NCBI GenBank assembly: GCA_010093745.1
Contig: MU006002.1
Span: 113,758-133,757 of the forward strand
Reading direction: 5' to 3'
Length of the DNA stretch: 20,000 nt
Source of the DNA: Piedraia hortae CBS 480.64
Lineage: Eukaryota
Shown: piece by piece, positions 1 to 9,724 of the stretch
How the letters are laid out: every line of letters begins with the position of its first letter
How positions within the stretch are numbered: position 1 is the stretch's first letter
The notes under the pieces: generated by a model
What the model was told of the DNA's origin: nothing
The model's database searches: none
The model's input: the letters and a program-made list of their open reading frames with translations, nothing else
Made by a program: the position numbers and the translations under genes

Positions 1-3000
1 AACACGAACGAGAAACCAGCGATAGTCTCCCTCCTTGCCCCGTAGCCGAACCTCTGTAGAGTATGATGGCCGTCCGTCAGCATCTCTAGTGATTCTAGGC
101 CTCTCAGGAACAGCGCGGTCGAAGCGTTTGCCGTCAGCTGTCGTTCCGGGACTCACCAGAGGCCGTTCAGTGTTTTCAGACGACACACTAGACGAGCTCG
201 ACACGGTTTCTGGTCGTTTGGACGGCACATTCAACTTACTCACGTCATCCCACAAGGGAAGAGCGCACTTAGACAGATCCCCCGGGTGCACGTGGTTCAT
301 GAAACCAAGTCCCAGAGCCTGAGCCTCTGCCTGGTCTGAATAATGCACCCACTGCGAGTTACAGAATATCACGCCCTTGGCTCGATTAACCGCAAAGACA
401 ATCTGCGGACTAGAATTTGCCAAAGCACGATACTTGGCCTCTGAAGCCGCCGTCTCTTGCTGCCGAGTTGCATTGAGCTCGGCAAGGTGCTGTTCGTGAA
501 AGTCCATCATTGTGCCAATCCAGTGAACAATCCTCTGATTTCTGTCCTTGAGAGGAGCGGCCCGGACGTAAAACCAGCGAAAGCTCCCGTCAAATCTCTG
601 CAAACGAACCTTTTGCTGCAGCTGCTGGGCGGATCGCAGTGACCTGTTCCAACTCGACAGAAATTCCAGCCTATCATTAGGATGGATGGCTTGCCAAGGC
701 TCCTTAAGCACTTGCTTGGGCTCTTGAGCTCGGTAGACGAGGAACTTGGAATTCACCCACGAGATCTGACCTGTATTGGGCTTGGCTGTGAAGATCTGCA
801 CCGGCACAGCGTCAATGATTGTCCGCAACAGACGCTCTGAAGGCGGTGGCATGTCCTCGGAGAACGACTGGTTCCTCATATGGGCGCTGCTAATCGTACC
901 AAACGACGCCTCAAAGTCAGCTCCGTACGAGTGCAACAGGGAATGACGATGGGTTGGCTGATCTTGCTCAGTGACGTTTGATATCAGCGAGCGAAGGGCA
1001 GATCGCGGCGCTTTACCAACATCGGCATTGGAAGTTGGGCTGATGTTCATGTCCAATGCATGCATCCTCCACGAGCGCTCATCCTTGGCCGAGCCGTTAT
1101 TTCTGTGCTTTTGTTCGCTGTGTGGTGACTTTGCGTCATCTGGGTGACCCTTACCAGCAGACATGGGCGGTTTGGCTGGGGTCACCTGAGACACTGATCC
1201 ACCGTTGCTGGTCCGTTGAGCCGCTCCTCGTTTCTTGGCCTCAAAGTAGCTGTCAACTATTTCCGACCCCGACAAAAGCGGAGTGCCGGCGCGAGACCGG
1301 TTTGCAGACCATCCAGGCGGGAGTGAATCCCAAACCGGCGTAGCAGGAACCGAGCCCATTGGGCTGTGTCTGGAGCGACCAGAATAGTCAGACGGGCTAG
1401 CAATGCTGCCCGACGTGGACGCATTGAACTCTTCGATGTGGAAGCGAGTAGGATAGTCCAGGGCTGTGGGTGCAATGACCATGGGAGCAGCGGTTGCAAT
1501 ATGGCCCGAGGTTGTGCGACGGTGTTTGATGGAGACATTTTGAATGTGCATTGAAGAGAACTGCTGGGCAACGGAGAAAGACGTGGCAAGGTGCGGCGCC
1601 AGCAGTTCAAGAGCGCGGGTGAGATTACTGGGATACGGTACTGTCGAGCTCAGCAGCGATAGAATGGCTATGGGCGACTTCCTCTCAAGATCCAAAGTGT
1701 TGCTCAGTTGAGGCGGCGCATGGCGGTCCTTGGGCTGCTTCACCCTAAACGACTGCATCGGCTGTGAGAGCGTGGGATGCACGAGTGGAATGTGAATGAC
1801 GGTACTAGCCTTGTCCACGCCAATGGCTTCCACCTGGGCAAATTGAGAGTAGTCCCTTGGCGTGGCGGTCGTCGGCGCAAATGAATCTTCAACCCGAGTA
1901 TCCTCGACAGGGAAGAAGGGGTTCGCGTCCTCATCTATCTGAATAGCCGGAGACGGCGCAGGCGATTGTGCCCAAGGTGAGGTTGGATACTGCTCATACT
2001 CTTCGTAACCTCTCCGACGCTCCCAGGGGAATTGCGGTCCTTGCGGCCCCAGGCTTGAACGACGGTCAGCTGAGCGGGTATCCCTCGAAGTGGAGATATC
2101 CTTAAAATCTTCAGTTTCTGGCAGAGGAGATGACTCGCTGGTGGAGTCATACTCCCTCGTAACCGTCACCACCCGCCCACGCTCGAGGACGCGAATGATA
2201 CCACACGACCCGACCAGAGGACGCTCCTCGTGATCTAAAGAATGCAGGGTCGCGAAGACTTCGGCATACGGCGCACCATCGCTGCTGTCTCCAAAATTGC
2301 TAAACTCTGGGTCGGTGGCAGCCGTATGGCGCGTACTGGCTGAAGACGCTGGACGTCGAGCCGGGGAGATTTCAGTCGCTGAAGGTGTGGGTACATGCGT
2401 CACTGTCCGTCGGGGCCCAGCCGGACGAACCGGTTCACTTGAAGGCTCTGTATGTCTCGATGGGAGCCTAGGTCGGCATTTCTCTGGCGCTTCATCTCCG
2501 GGCCGTTCCTGCAGGACGGATTCCCAGGATGGAAGGTGCACGGGCCGTTCGGGTGATGAATGGGTCGCCGAGTATTCCTCACGCCCATTCATACTAAACG
2601 TGGCTTTCTGGCCCCAGGGGACGTTCTCAATGTCAGTTGGATCTGACGGAACGACGAGAGAGACGCGATCAGCCTTGAATTCATCGTGCATCATGTTCAC
2701 GACGGCAGTCCACCACTGTTCCATTCCAGGATCGCAGCTGAGCGCTAGAACGAGGTCATATAGGTTAGGCGTTGGGAACTGCGGGTTGTCCATAGCTTGA
2801 TCGGCCTGGCCAGGCATAAAATCGTGTGAATGCGAACCAGGAGTACTCTGAAACGACCGGTTCGAGGCATGTTCTCCGGGAGTTCTTCCCAACACTGTGG
2901 GAGATAGGGTGGTGAAGGGTTGGTGGAATGCGGCAGACCAGGATCGTGGAGTGCTGGGAACGGTAGGGAAAGGGTATGAAGGTGTTTTTAGAGGCCTGGG

Positions 3001-3501
3001 ATCGGCCGGCGCTGATGTCCCCGACGGGCGAACGGTGCGAGATGAATCAGTAGACTCGGTCGACTGGTGGGATTGCTGAGACTGGCCGGAGAAGGACGAG
3101 ATCGCCGAGAGGGGCCGCGGCCAGGCTTCCACAGGTGGGGACATGTGCGTCGATCCTTCGTCGGCCATAGCCATAGGCGAGGCGACGCGGGGGCTCCCCA
3201 GCTGGCCCGAGAAACGTCTCCCAATGCATTGTGTCGCCGAGACTTTCTGGTGGACGGCCTCCTTAAGTATGGCCACCTTGGCATCGTCATGTCTCCGCTG
3301 TTCATACTGTCTCTGCTCGTCCATTTGCTGATCGTCCAGCTGCTGCTTGTCGTGTTCGCGCTCCAGCTCGCTTAGGCGCGCGGGTGGGGAGCGGATGAGC
3401 AACGGGCGCGACTTTCGGTGGGACCCATCGTCGGGCGCAAAGGCTTCGGCCAGGGACTCGTCAGTGGCATCAGCGACGACTCTTCCGTGGCTCGACTGCA
3501 T
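1..3501 (-). CDS. Hybrid sensor histidine kinase, PAS/PAC-containing (fungal group V, HHK2/PhkB-like); 5' ~1167 codons only, 3' end outside the window
   Basis: ATG at 3501 is the first in frame after a TGA at 3531-3529. The frame appears open to base 1: same frame at both ends, no stop-terminated ORF in it on the track, and absent from the track because it has no stop in the window. Hand translation gives KTPSYPFP, FPTPNLYDLVLALSCDPGMEQWWTAVV..DIENVPWGQKATF, VLERGRVVTVTREY, PIAILSLLSSTVPYP, then PAS/PAC repeats (SERLLRTIIDAVPVQIFTAKP, VRLQRFDGSFRWFYVRAAP, SEAKYRALANSSPQIVF, STEVRLRGKEGDYRWFLVRV). Kinase and receiver domains are not in the window, so the group assignment is from recall of family motifs. 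Confidence 0.85.
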   Translation of the reverse strand, partial: MQSSHGRVVADATDESLAEAFAPDDGSHRKSRPLLIRSPPARLSELEREHDKQQLDDQQMDEQRQYEQRRHDDAKVAILKEAVHQKVSATQCIGRRFSGQLGSPRVASPMAMADEGSTHMSPPVEAWPRPLSAISSFSGQSQQSHQSTESTDSSRTVRPSGTSAPADPRPLKTPSYPFPTVPSTPRSWSAAFHQPFTTLSPTVLGRTPGEHASNRSFQSTPGSHSHDFMPGQADQAMDNPQFPTPNLYDLVLALSCDPGMEQWWTAVVNMMHDEFKADRVSLVVPSDPTDIENVPWGQKATFSMNGREEYSATHSSPERPVHLPSWESVLQERPGDEAPEKCRPRLPSRHTEPSSEPVRPAGPRRTVTHVPTPSATEISPARRPASSASTRHTAATDPEFSNFGDSSDGAPYAEVFATLHSLDHEERPLVGSCGIIRVLERGRVVTVTREYDSTSESSPLPETEDFKDISTSRDTRSADRRSSLGPQGPQFPWERRRGYEEYEQYPTSPWAQSPAPSPAIQIDEDANPFFPVEDTRVEDSFAPTTATPRDYSQFAQVEAIGVDKASTVIHIPLVHPTLSQPMQSFRVKQPKDRHAPPQLSNTLDLERKSPIAILSLLSSTVPYPSNLTRALELLAPHLATSFSVAQQFSSMHIQNVSIKHRRTTSGHIATAAPMVIAPTALDYPTRFHIEEFNASTSGSIASPSDYSGRSRHSPMGSVPATPVWDSLPPGWSANRSRAGTPLLSGSEIVDSYFEAKKRGAAQRTSNGGSVSQVTPAKPPMSAGKGHPDDAKSPHSEQKHRNNGSAKDERSWRMHALDMNISPTSNADVGKAPRSALRSLISNVTEQDQPTHRHSLLHSYGADFEASFGTISSAHMRNQSFSEDMPPPSERLLRTIIDAVPVQIFTAKPNTGQISWVNSKFLVYRAQEPKQVLKEPWQAIHPNDRLEFLSSWNRSLRSAQQLQQKVRLQRFDGSFRWFYVRAAPLKDRNQRIVHWIGTMMDFHEQHLAELNATRQQETAASEAKYRALANSSPQIVFAVNRAKGVIFCNSQWVHYSDQAEAQALGLGFMNHVHPGDLSKCALPLWDDVSKLNVPSKRPETVSSSSSVSSENTERPLVSPGTTADGKRFDRAVPERPRITRDADGRPSYSTEVRLRGKEGDYRWFLVRV

Positions 3502-3560
3502 CCCGCGCGCTACTGGCGTCTGCACCGTTCACCATACAGACCCTGGCTATCTTCCACCTC

Positions 3561-3570
3561 GTGACGTCAC
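3561..3570. promoter_or_regulatory. Perfect CRE/ATF palindrome GTGACGTCAC ~60 bp upstream of the kinase ATG
   Basis: TGACGTCA is the established bZIP ATF/CREB (Atf1/AtfA) consensus; function here is inferred. Confidence 0.4.
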
Positions 3571-3668
3571 AGTAGTTCATCCTAAGCGACGCAGCTGCCG
3601 CCAATAACTAATCCGCGCTGCAATTACCAATTCCGTGCTGAAATTATCACTCCCGCGCGCGCGAGACG

Positions 3669-3675
3669 TGAGTCA
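3669..3675. promoter_or_regulatory. AP-1/Gcn4(CpcA)-type site TGAGTCA in the kinase upstream region
   Basis: Exact TGA(C/G)TCA heptamer next to a (CG)5 run at 3654-3663; a single short motif. Confidence 0.25.
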
Positions 3676-3930
3676 AAGACGGCCGTCGTGGTGGAGTGTC
3701 GTTGGACGTTGTGATTGCCTCAGGCAACATCCGATCACAACAGCCAATAAGCAAGACACATCTTGCAGCCGTTGACGCTAATGCAGTTTGTTCCATTTCG
3801 GTCGTCTCTACCCTAACGCCCGCTCAATCACATGCAAATCCACCCAAACCACCATCACGCACTTCATCCCACCCCACCACCCTACTTCATCCCACCTTCG
3901 ATATCCTGCTTACTCCCAGTATGTAGACCA

Positions 3931-5082
3931 CTAGCCCACGCACTGCTGCGTCTGTCCCTCTGGCGGTCTCGCCCTTTGCAACGCTGCCGTCGAGTCTGGC
4001 AGACTCCCGATCGTCTTTAACAGCCAAGTCTTCTCGTCATTAAACTGTTCATCATCCGTCCTGTTTTCCAAGAACCTGGGCAAGAATTTCAACAACCTGT
4101 CCTTATTCATAATCAAGAACTTCAAAACATCGTAGCTCTTGTTCGGATTCGCCACGAAGATCTTGAAAACATGAAAAGCCTCGTACTGTACCATCCTCCG
4201 TTCGTCTTTGAGCTGCCACATGATCAACTTCAAATTATCCCCCGAGTCCACGTAGAACGTCATGACCTCATAAAACTGCCGATCCAGCAACAACTCCCCA
4301 AGCAGTTTAATCGACTGCCTCTTGGTAACATAACTCTCCGACTTGATCAACACTTCATTATATTTTTCAAAAAACCTCTCCGCATTCGTCGCCACAAACT
4401 GCGACACCAGCGGCTTATGCTTCGTCAAGATCAACCTGAACGTATCAAACGCATCTGCGCTGATCTCGAAACTCGAGCGATCGATCCACTCAAAGAACCT
4501 CCAAAACACCCCCTCCCCCGACGCCGGCTGCGAAACATCGATATCTCCGTAGATGTCCACCGTCTTCGCGGGATCATCCCTCTCGTCATATAGAATCACA
4601 GCAGCGACAGCATCCCACTTCAACGCCTCTTTCAGCACCCCACTGCATGCACTCGCGCTCTCCTTCCTCTCATACCCATGACACAGCTTAACCACAATCC
4701 CCGGCTGTCGGTGTAGGACCTCACTCAACGCATCGGGTTCCGCCGACGCTGAACTCCCGCTGCTCCTGTACCTAAACACCGCCGAAATCACAGCCTGCAC
4801 ATCCTTCCTCGCCTCAAACGGAATCAGCGAGATACACTCTACCAATTCTGGTAACACATCCTCCGCTAAAACAGCGTTAACAACATTGTAAACCTGCTCG
4901 GGGGTAGCGTCCACGTCAGGCGATCCCTGGAGACTAATCTTTAGTTGCATCAGGTTGCGGACGAGTTCTTCTTCGATTTTCGCGGCTTTGGGGTCGGAGG
5001 TCAGCCGCTGGACTAGTTCTTTTGTAGAGTGCACTAGTTCGTGCGTGGAGCGCGGTTTTGTGCGGCCGAAGAGGAAGGACAT
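3931..5082 (-). CDS. hymA: Mo25/CAB39-family protein HymA (RAM/MOR network scaffold), 383 aa, intronless
   Basis: Starts MSFLFGRTKPRS at ATG 5082. Contains Mo25 motifs IPFEARKDVQAV, SFEISADAFDTFRLILTKHK, SYVTKRQSIKLLGELLLDR, VQYEAFHVFKIFVANPNK, DDEQFNDEK. Confidence 0.95.
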   Translation of the reverse strand: MSFLFGRTKPRSTHELVHSTKELVQRLTSDPKAAKIEEELVRNLMQLKISLQGSPDVDATPEQVYNVVNAVLAEDVLPELVECISLIPFEARKDVQAVISAVFRYRSSGSSASAEPDALSEVLHRQPGIVVKLCHGYERKESASACSGVLKEALKWDAVAAVILYDERDDPAKTVDIYGDIDVSQPASGEGVFWRFFEWIDRSSFEISADAFDTFRLILTKHKPLVSQFVATNAERFFEKYNEVLIKSESYVTKRQSIKLLGELLLDRQFYEVMTFYVDSGDNLKLIMWQLKDERRMVQYEAFHVFKIFVANPNKSYDVLKFLIMNKDRLLKFLPRFLENRTDDEQFNDEKTWLLKTIGSLPDSTAALQRARPPEGQTQQCVG

Positions 5083-5152
5083 TGTGTCCTGAGTGTTGGG
5101 TTGGTTGCGTGCAAAGGGGATGTGGGGGGAGTGTCGTTCCTGCCCCCGCAAC

Positions 5153-6460
5153 ATGGACAATGACGGGTTTAGGAGGTTATTCACAGAGACGCAGGATCAG
5201 ATAGGAGGGGGTGGTGGGCCGAAGAATAGGGGGTTTTTGGGTCGCGCGACGAAGATGAATCAAGCGACAGAGGCTTTTGCGCCAAGGAGTGTGCAGCCTA
5301 AGCGCAGCGTGCAAACGAAAGCCGCGCAGCCAAAGGGGACGAAGCTTGCGAAAGGGTATACGGATCGCGCGGCGGCGAGGCAGCGGGAGACTTCTCCGGA
5401 GCCTGAAGCGGGGGAGGAAGTGGAAGGGGGCTCACTCGCGACTACGCACCTCGTCAAGGGGTTGGACTGGAAGCTGCTTGAGCGGGTTAAGCGCGGGGAG
5501 GACGTTTACTCTAATACCAAAGATGATGAAGTCTCCAAGGATGATGAGCTAGACGCTGAGCTAGATGCGCTGGCTGAGAAGGAGGTGGAACGCGCCCCCA
5601 CGAGTGGAAAGCCACAGGGCAAGAGGACGAGAGATGAAATCCTCGCAGAGCTAAAAGCATCCAGACAGGGAGAGTTGAATGAGAAGTGGAGGAAGGTGAC
5701 GGGCCGCAACCCTCCGGTACAGGTTGATAAGAAGGGGAGGGAGGTTAGGTATGTTACAATGAAGGATGGGAGGGTTAAGAAAGTTGTTAGGAAGGTGAAG
5801 CCTCAGGCAGATTCCGTGATGGACGATATGTCCAAGGCTGAGGAAGGCGATCGCGGGACTAGTCTGGGAGAGGAGCCTCCCGGAGAGGCTGTCCAAGCCG
5901 ATGCCAAGGGCGGAGACGAGGATCCCATGCAAACCCACCCCACTACCAACGACAAAGGGTCAAGTAACCCCAACGCTAAAATCGTAGACAAAGACGGCTC
6001 CGCGGAACCGCCCTCCCCCGACAAGGTTGACGACGACGACGACGACGACGACGACGAAGACATCTTCACAGACAAAGGAAGAGACTACAATCCCCTCTCC
6101 TCGCCCTCTTCACCCGCAAACTCTGAAGGCGGAAGGGCAGTAAAGGTGCCCAACCCGAAAGAGCTCTTTTCAGAGCCCAAACCCTCTGAAAGAGCCCCCA
6201 AAGCGAACCTACCGAAGAACATCTTCCCAGACCGCAAAGCAGAGAATAAGCCCCCCCTCCCCATCCCCATCCCCCTCCCAGTCCCAAGACCTTCCAACCC
6301 GGAGAGAGAGCAGGAAGATGACACCCTTAAACGACGACAAGAAAAGTTACAGCAGCACCTTCGCGAAAGCGAGCGAGATAACATCGACGTTTACGGTGAG
6401 GATCACGTCTCCAAAAGCGAAGGCGAGTCGTCCAAGCGGAGGAAAAGGCGTCGAAAGTAG
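5153..6460 (+). CDS. RED-like N-terminal domain protein (IK/RED spliceosome-associated family), 435 aa, intronless
   Basis: Start MDNDGFRRL at ATG 5153. RED_N motifs GTKLAKGYTDRA and GGSLATTHLVKGLDWKLLERVKRGED, then RTRDEILAELKASR, an acidic tract DDDDDDDDDEDIF..DYNPL and a C-terminal basic NLS-like KRRKRRRK. Confidence 0.85.
   Translation: MDNDGFRRLFTETQDQIGGGGGPKNRGFLGRATKMNQATEAFAPRSVQPKRSVQTKAAQPKGTKLAKGYTDRAAARQRETSPEPEAGEEVEGGSLATTHLVKGLDWKLLERVKRGEDVYSNTKDDEVSKDDELDAELDALAEKEVERAPTSGKPQGKRTRDEILAELKASRQGELNEKWRKVTGRNPPVQVDKKGREVRYVTMKDGRVKKVVRKVKPQADSVMDDMSKAEEGDRGTSLGEEPPGEAVQADAKGGDEDPMQTHPTTNDKGSSNPNAKIVDKDGSAEPPSPDKVDDDDDDDDDEDIFTDKGRDYNPLSSPSSPANSEGGRAVKVPNPKELFSEPKPSERAPKANLPKNIFPDRKAENKPPLPIPIPLPVPRPSNPEREQEDDTLKRRQEKLQQHLRESERDNIDVYGEDHVSKSEGESSKRRKRRRK
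6029..6055 (+). repeat. (GAC)9 coding microsatellite (poly-Asp)
   Basis: Nine perfect GAC units, in frame within the RED-like CDS. Confidence 0.95.
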
Positions 6461-6616
6461 TCCTGCCCCCAAAAAGAACGAATCCCTTCCCACCACACAC
6501 CTGTAGACCAGCAAAGCTTTCATATCAAACACCCTCCCTAATATATCCTAACACACGCTTACACCCTCATAGTCCTCCCCCACTAGTAATAATCATCCCA
6601 ACCCCCCTTCTCTGAC

Positions 6617-9600
6617 TTATTGACCAAAAACCTCCCCCTCAATCTTCGCCAAAATCGACGCATCAATCTCACACGTCGGCGATATTGGCGCGAGTTTCTC
6701 CAGAAAGCGTATCGTTCTGCGGAGGAGGGAATGATATGTATTCTTATCGATTAGGTGGTTTGTTGTTGGAGAGAAATAGGTCGCGGAGAGGACGACTAGG
6801 TTGCCGAATTGTCTGTCTACCAGTTAGTATGGGGTTGAGGGTGGGGTGACAGCGTGAAGTGTCCCCTCCGGTGGGGTTTGGGTTAGGTAGGGGTGACAAG
6901 TGTCACATCCTCCTTGAAGAAAGATTGGGATGAAGAGGCTGATTATGAAGACGATGGGGAGTGTTAATGATAGGGAGGATGAATGATGAGTGGGATGAAT
7001 GACAGGGGATGAAAGGCAGTGAGGATGAACGACAGGGTTGGGGGNNNNNNNNNNNNNNNNNNNNNNNNNNNNNNNNNNNNNNNNNNNNNNNNNNNNNNNN
7101 NNNNNNNNNNGGGGAGGGGGAGTGTGAACAACTTACGCATGCGCCGTCCCATGAATATTCGTCACAACGAGTCGTCCTGGAATTCCATCAAACGCGAGTG
7201 TACTCTTCACTGCCGCAGCAATACACCTCTCACACGCCTGCCATATGTTCCTCTCCTCCATCGTTGAAATTGCCTCAAAGAGATGCACATCCGCGGCAGC
7301 TCTAGGCCTTCCCCTCCCATCCTTCGCAATCTCTTTAATCGACTCCCCCTTTCCCAACCGTGGCATGATATGCAGTGCATAATCCAGGAATGGACGGTTC
7401 ACGATGAATCTCGCGCCGTAGTACTTCCCCCTTAGACGTGCATCGAGGATATTGGACGGGGGCTCGTCATCGTCGTTCCATGACAGTTCGGGCGGGAGAC
7501 CCGCCCTCCATGCGTTGAGGATCTCCCCGTGCCCCTTGAGGATAGCGCAGACTTGTTCAACCGTATGGTCGAGACAGTCGTGTCCGTACAGGTCACGGTG
7601 TACGACATTTAACCTCCTCCGGAGGAAGAGTTGTGCGTTGTAGTAGATCAGTGTTTGTTCGTCCTCGGGGTTTATGGGAGGGGGAACTTTTTCAGACTCC
7701 TCGTCTGACGACGCTTCGTCGAGACGGATTCCCTTCGGAACGAGCAAGATGCCCTCCATTTTGGGGATGTCGCTGGAGGGTAACGGCAGCTCGGCTAAGA
7801 TGTCTGTTTCGAGTTGGAGACAGGTCCACGAGGCGAGAACGATGAGGTTCGCGTGCTTGTCTTTGATTCGCGCGTGGCTGTCGCGGAGTTGTTCCTTGAC
7901 GTCGCCGGATGCCATCCAGCCTTCTTCGTTGTACAGTTTGTGTCGGCGGAGGAGCATGGTTAGGGCCCGCCCGGCCATGGAGTACCAGCTCATACTTTCT
8001 TTGAGGCGCGCCAGTTGGCCTTTGTAGAGCCCTGCCAACAGGAACATTTGGGCGTGCACGAGGTCGTTGCCATCGGCTTGGTCGCCCAAAATCTCGGTTG
8101 CTTTGAGGTAGTAGGCCATGCCAGGGATGCTTTCGATGTCGACGGGTGTGGAGTCGTGCATCGAGTCGATGGAGTGGCCGTAACTGCGCGAGCGGCGGGA
8201 TAGAGCTACGTCGACGGGGGAGTCGGGGGTTGCTGTCAACGACATGGGAGATGCTTTGATTGCGTGCATCCCCGATGGACTCGCTGTGATGGGCCGTCCT
8301 GCAACCGTGATTGCACCGTTGGCCTTATTTCTAGGTAGACACCCCGGCAGGCGCTGCCGATGAGCGCAGATCTTCCCCAACGCAAGCACCAGATAGACTA
8401 CGGCATTTCCAGGCGACCTCTCCCCGGGGTACTTTCGTCGTGAATTGGATGCATCTGCCGACCCCGATCTCTGCCGCTTCAACGGAGGTGGTGCATCGTG
8501 GTGTCTCTTTGTCGTTTGACCTGAGCAATTCCTCTCAATGAACCGATCAAACGCCTTTCGCAGCCTAGATCGATCGAGGAACGGATGCATTGGGTGGATA
8601 TAATGCATATAGTTGTCGTACAGCTCGTTCACAGTCGACTTATCCAGGTCCAGGGCGCCATTTGCTTGAAGTCCGGACATTCCCGCCTGGCCGCCAATCT
8701 CTATGCCATCGTAACCCTCCAATATTGATCCCTCCAGACACAGCCGTATGGCGCCCTTCTCCTCAGCGTCCATGACATAATTCTCATCGTAGCGCACATC
8801 AGCCGCAACAAGCAACGGATGGAAGCTGGGCCACAGGGACAGCAAGTTATGTGCGCCCGTTCGATGTGAGCCTTTTCGCTGCTTCTTGCTCATCTTCACC
8901 ACCGCCTGCTGTTCCGCCGCCGGCCTCATCTGCTCCAGCCTTCGAAGCCTCGAGTCCATCTCATCCAACTTCTTGCTGAGCATCGTCAGTCCGGCTGAGT
9001 GCGCCTCCATATACGACATCAGCTTCTCCATGTTCTTGTCTGTTTTAGCCGGCGGAGTGTCGCGATACTGGCAGATGAGGTTGCTTTCCTTGCAAAACGA
9101 ACACGGCGAGCCCTCGTCGCACTTTTGCTTCCGCGACCGACATTGTTCGCACGCCTGCGTTGCGCGCATCTGCCGTCGCCGGTGCTGCACGAACCCCGAG
9201 CCGGCCATGGCATGCTGGTAGTTTTGTTGCGGGTAGATGGGCTGCGAGGGTGGAAGCGGCACATAGTGCGAAGGCCCCCCCTCGAGACCCGGCGACGCGA
9301 AGGGCGTATGTTCTGGATGCGCCGGGCGCTGGCTTACAGTCGATGACGGCGGCGCGGGCGGCGGCGGTGGCGGCGGCGGCGGGAGGCTGGTGGGCGCACC
9401 GTGGCTTGGATAGCCTTGTTCGGTCGCACGAGACACCTGGCCCTCGATCAGATGGTGCAGATGATGCTGCTGCTGCTCGGCGCCAAATGATCGAGCAAAC
9501 GCCGGCAACGACGGCTCGCCCTGCTGAGCCTGGCTGTATTGGAACTGCGGCGCTTCCTGTTCATGGGCTTCAAACATTTGCGGGTGTCGAAAGGGCGGCA

Positions 9601-9724
9601 GGCTCTCGGCGGCTGGAGGGACATATGGCTGCTGAAGAGGAGGCAGTTCTTTGCCGGCAAACACCGGTGGCTGCGCTTGGAAGGTAGTAGGACGGTATTG
9701 CGATGACTGTTTTCTGGAGTCCAT
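6617..9724 (-). CDS. Zn(II)2Cys6 fungal transcription factor, ~927 aa; exons 9724-7137 and 6812-6617
   Basis: RATQACEQCRSRKQKCDEGSPCSFCKESNLIC binuclear cluster (C-x2-C-x6-C-x5-C-x2-C-x6-C) and middle-homology region (YIHPMHPFLD, AVVYLVLALG, LLAGLYKGQLAR, WTCLQLETDILAEL, ARLRGKYYGARFIVNRPFL). Donor GC|GTAAGT at 7136, branch TACTAAC 6829-6823 and acceptor CAG at 6813 join GTAHA to QFGNLVVLSATY..SPTCEIDASIL..GQ* (TAA 6619-6617). Confidence 0.92.
6813..7136 (-). other. Spliceosomal intron of the Zn2Cys6 gene (~324 nt including a 66-N assembly gap at 7045-7110), low-complexity
   Basis: GTAAGT...TACTAAC..CAG; splicing restores the frame. The gap is flanked by G-runs on the + strand. Confidence 0.88.
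6928..7037 (+). repeat. Degenerate ~15-bp minisatellite with GGATGAA core
   Basis: GGATGAA at 6928, 6977, 6993, 7007 and 7023 (spacings 16, 14, 16 for the last four). Confidence 0.65.
9347..9383 (-). repeat. Imperfect (CCG)n tract encoding poly-Pro in the transcription factor N-terminus
   Basis: GGC-repeat run on the + strand; translation LPPPPPPPPPAPPS. Confidence 0.8.

Noticed and set aside
35..3607. Many 60-167 aa ORFs on the + strand and alternative - frames
   Set aside because: Shadows of the long GC-rich kinase frame; no recognisable motifs.
5083..5184. Apparent overlap of the hymA (to 5184) and RED (from 5093) ORFs in the ORF track
   Set aside because: The extensions begin at non-ATG or non-conserved positions; family-typical N-termini start at 5082 and 5153, so the CDSs do not overlap.
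6813..7136. Intronic box C/D snoRNA or telomeric repeat
   Set aside because: No C box/D box pair on the transcribed strand. ATGATGA occurs only antisense inside the minisatellite, with CTGA in the wrong order. GGGTTAGG occurs once, not as an array.
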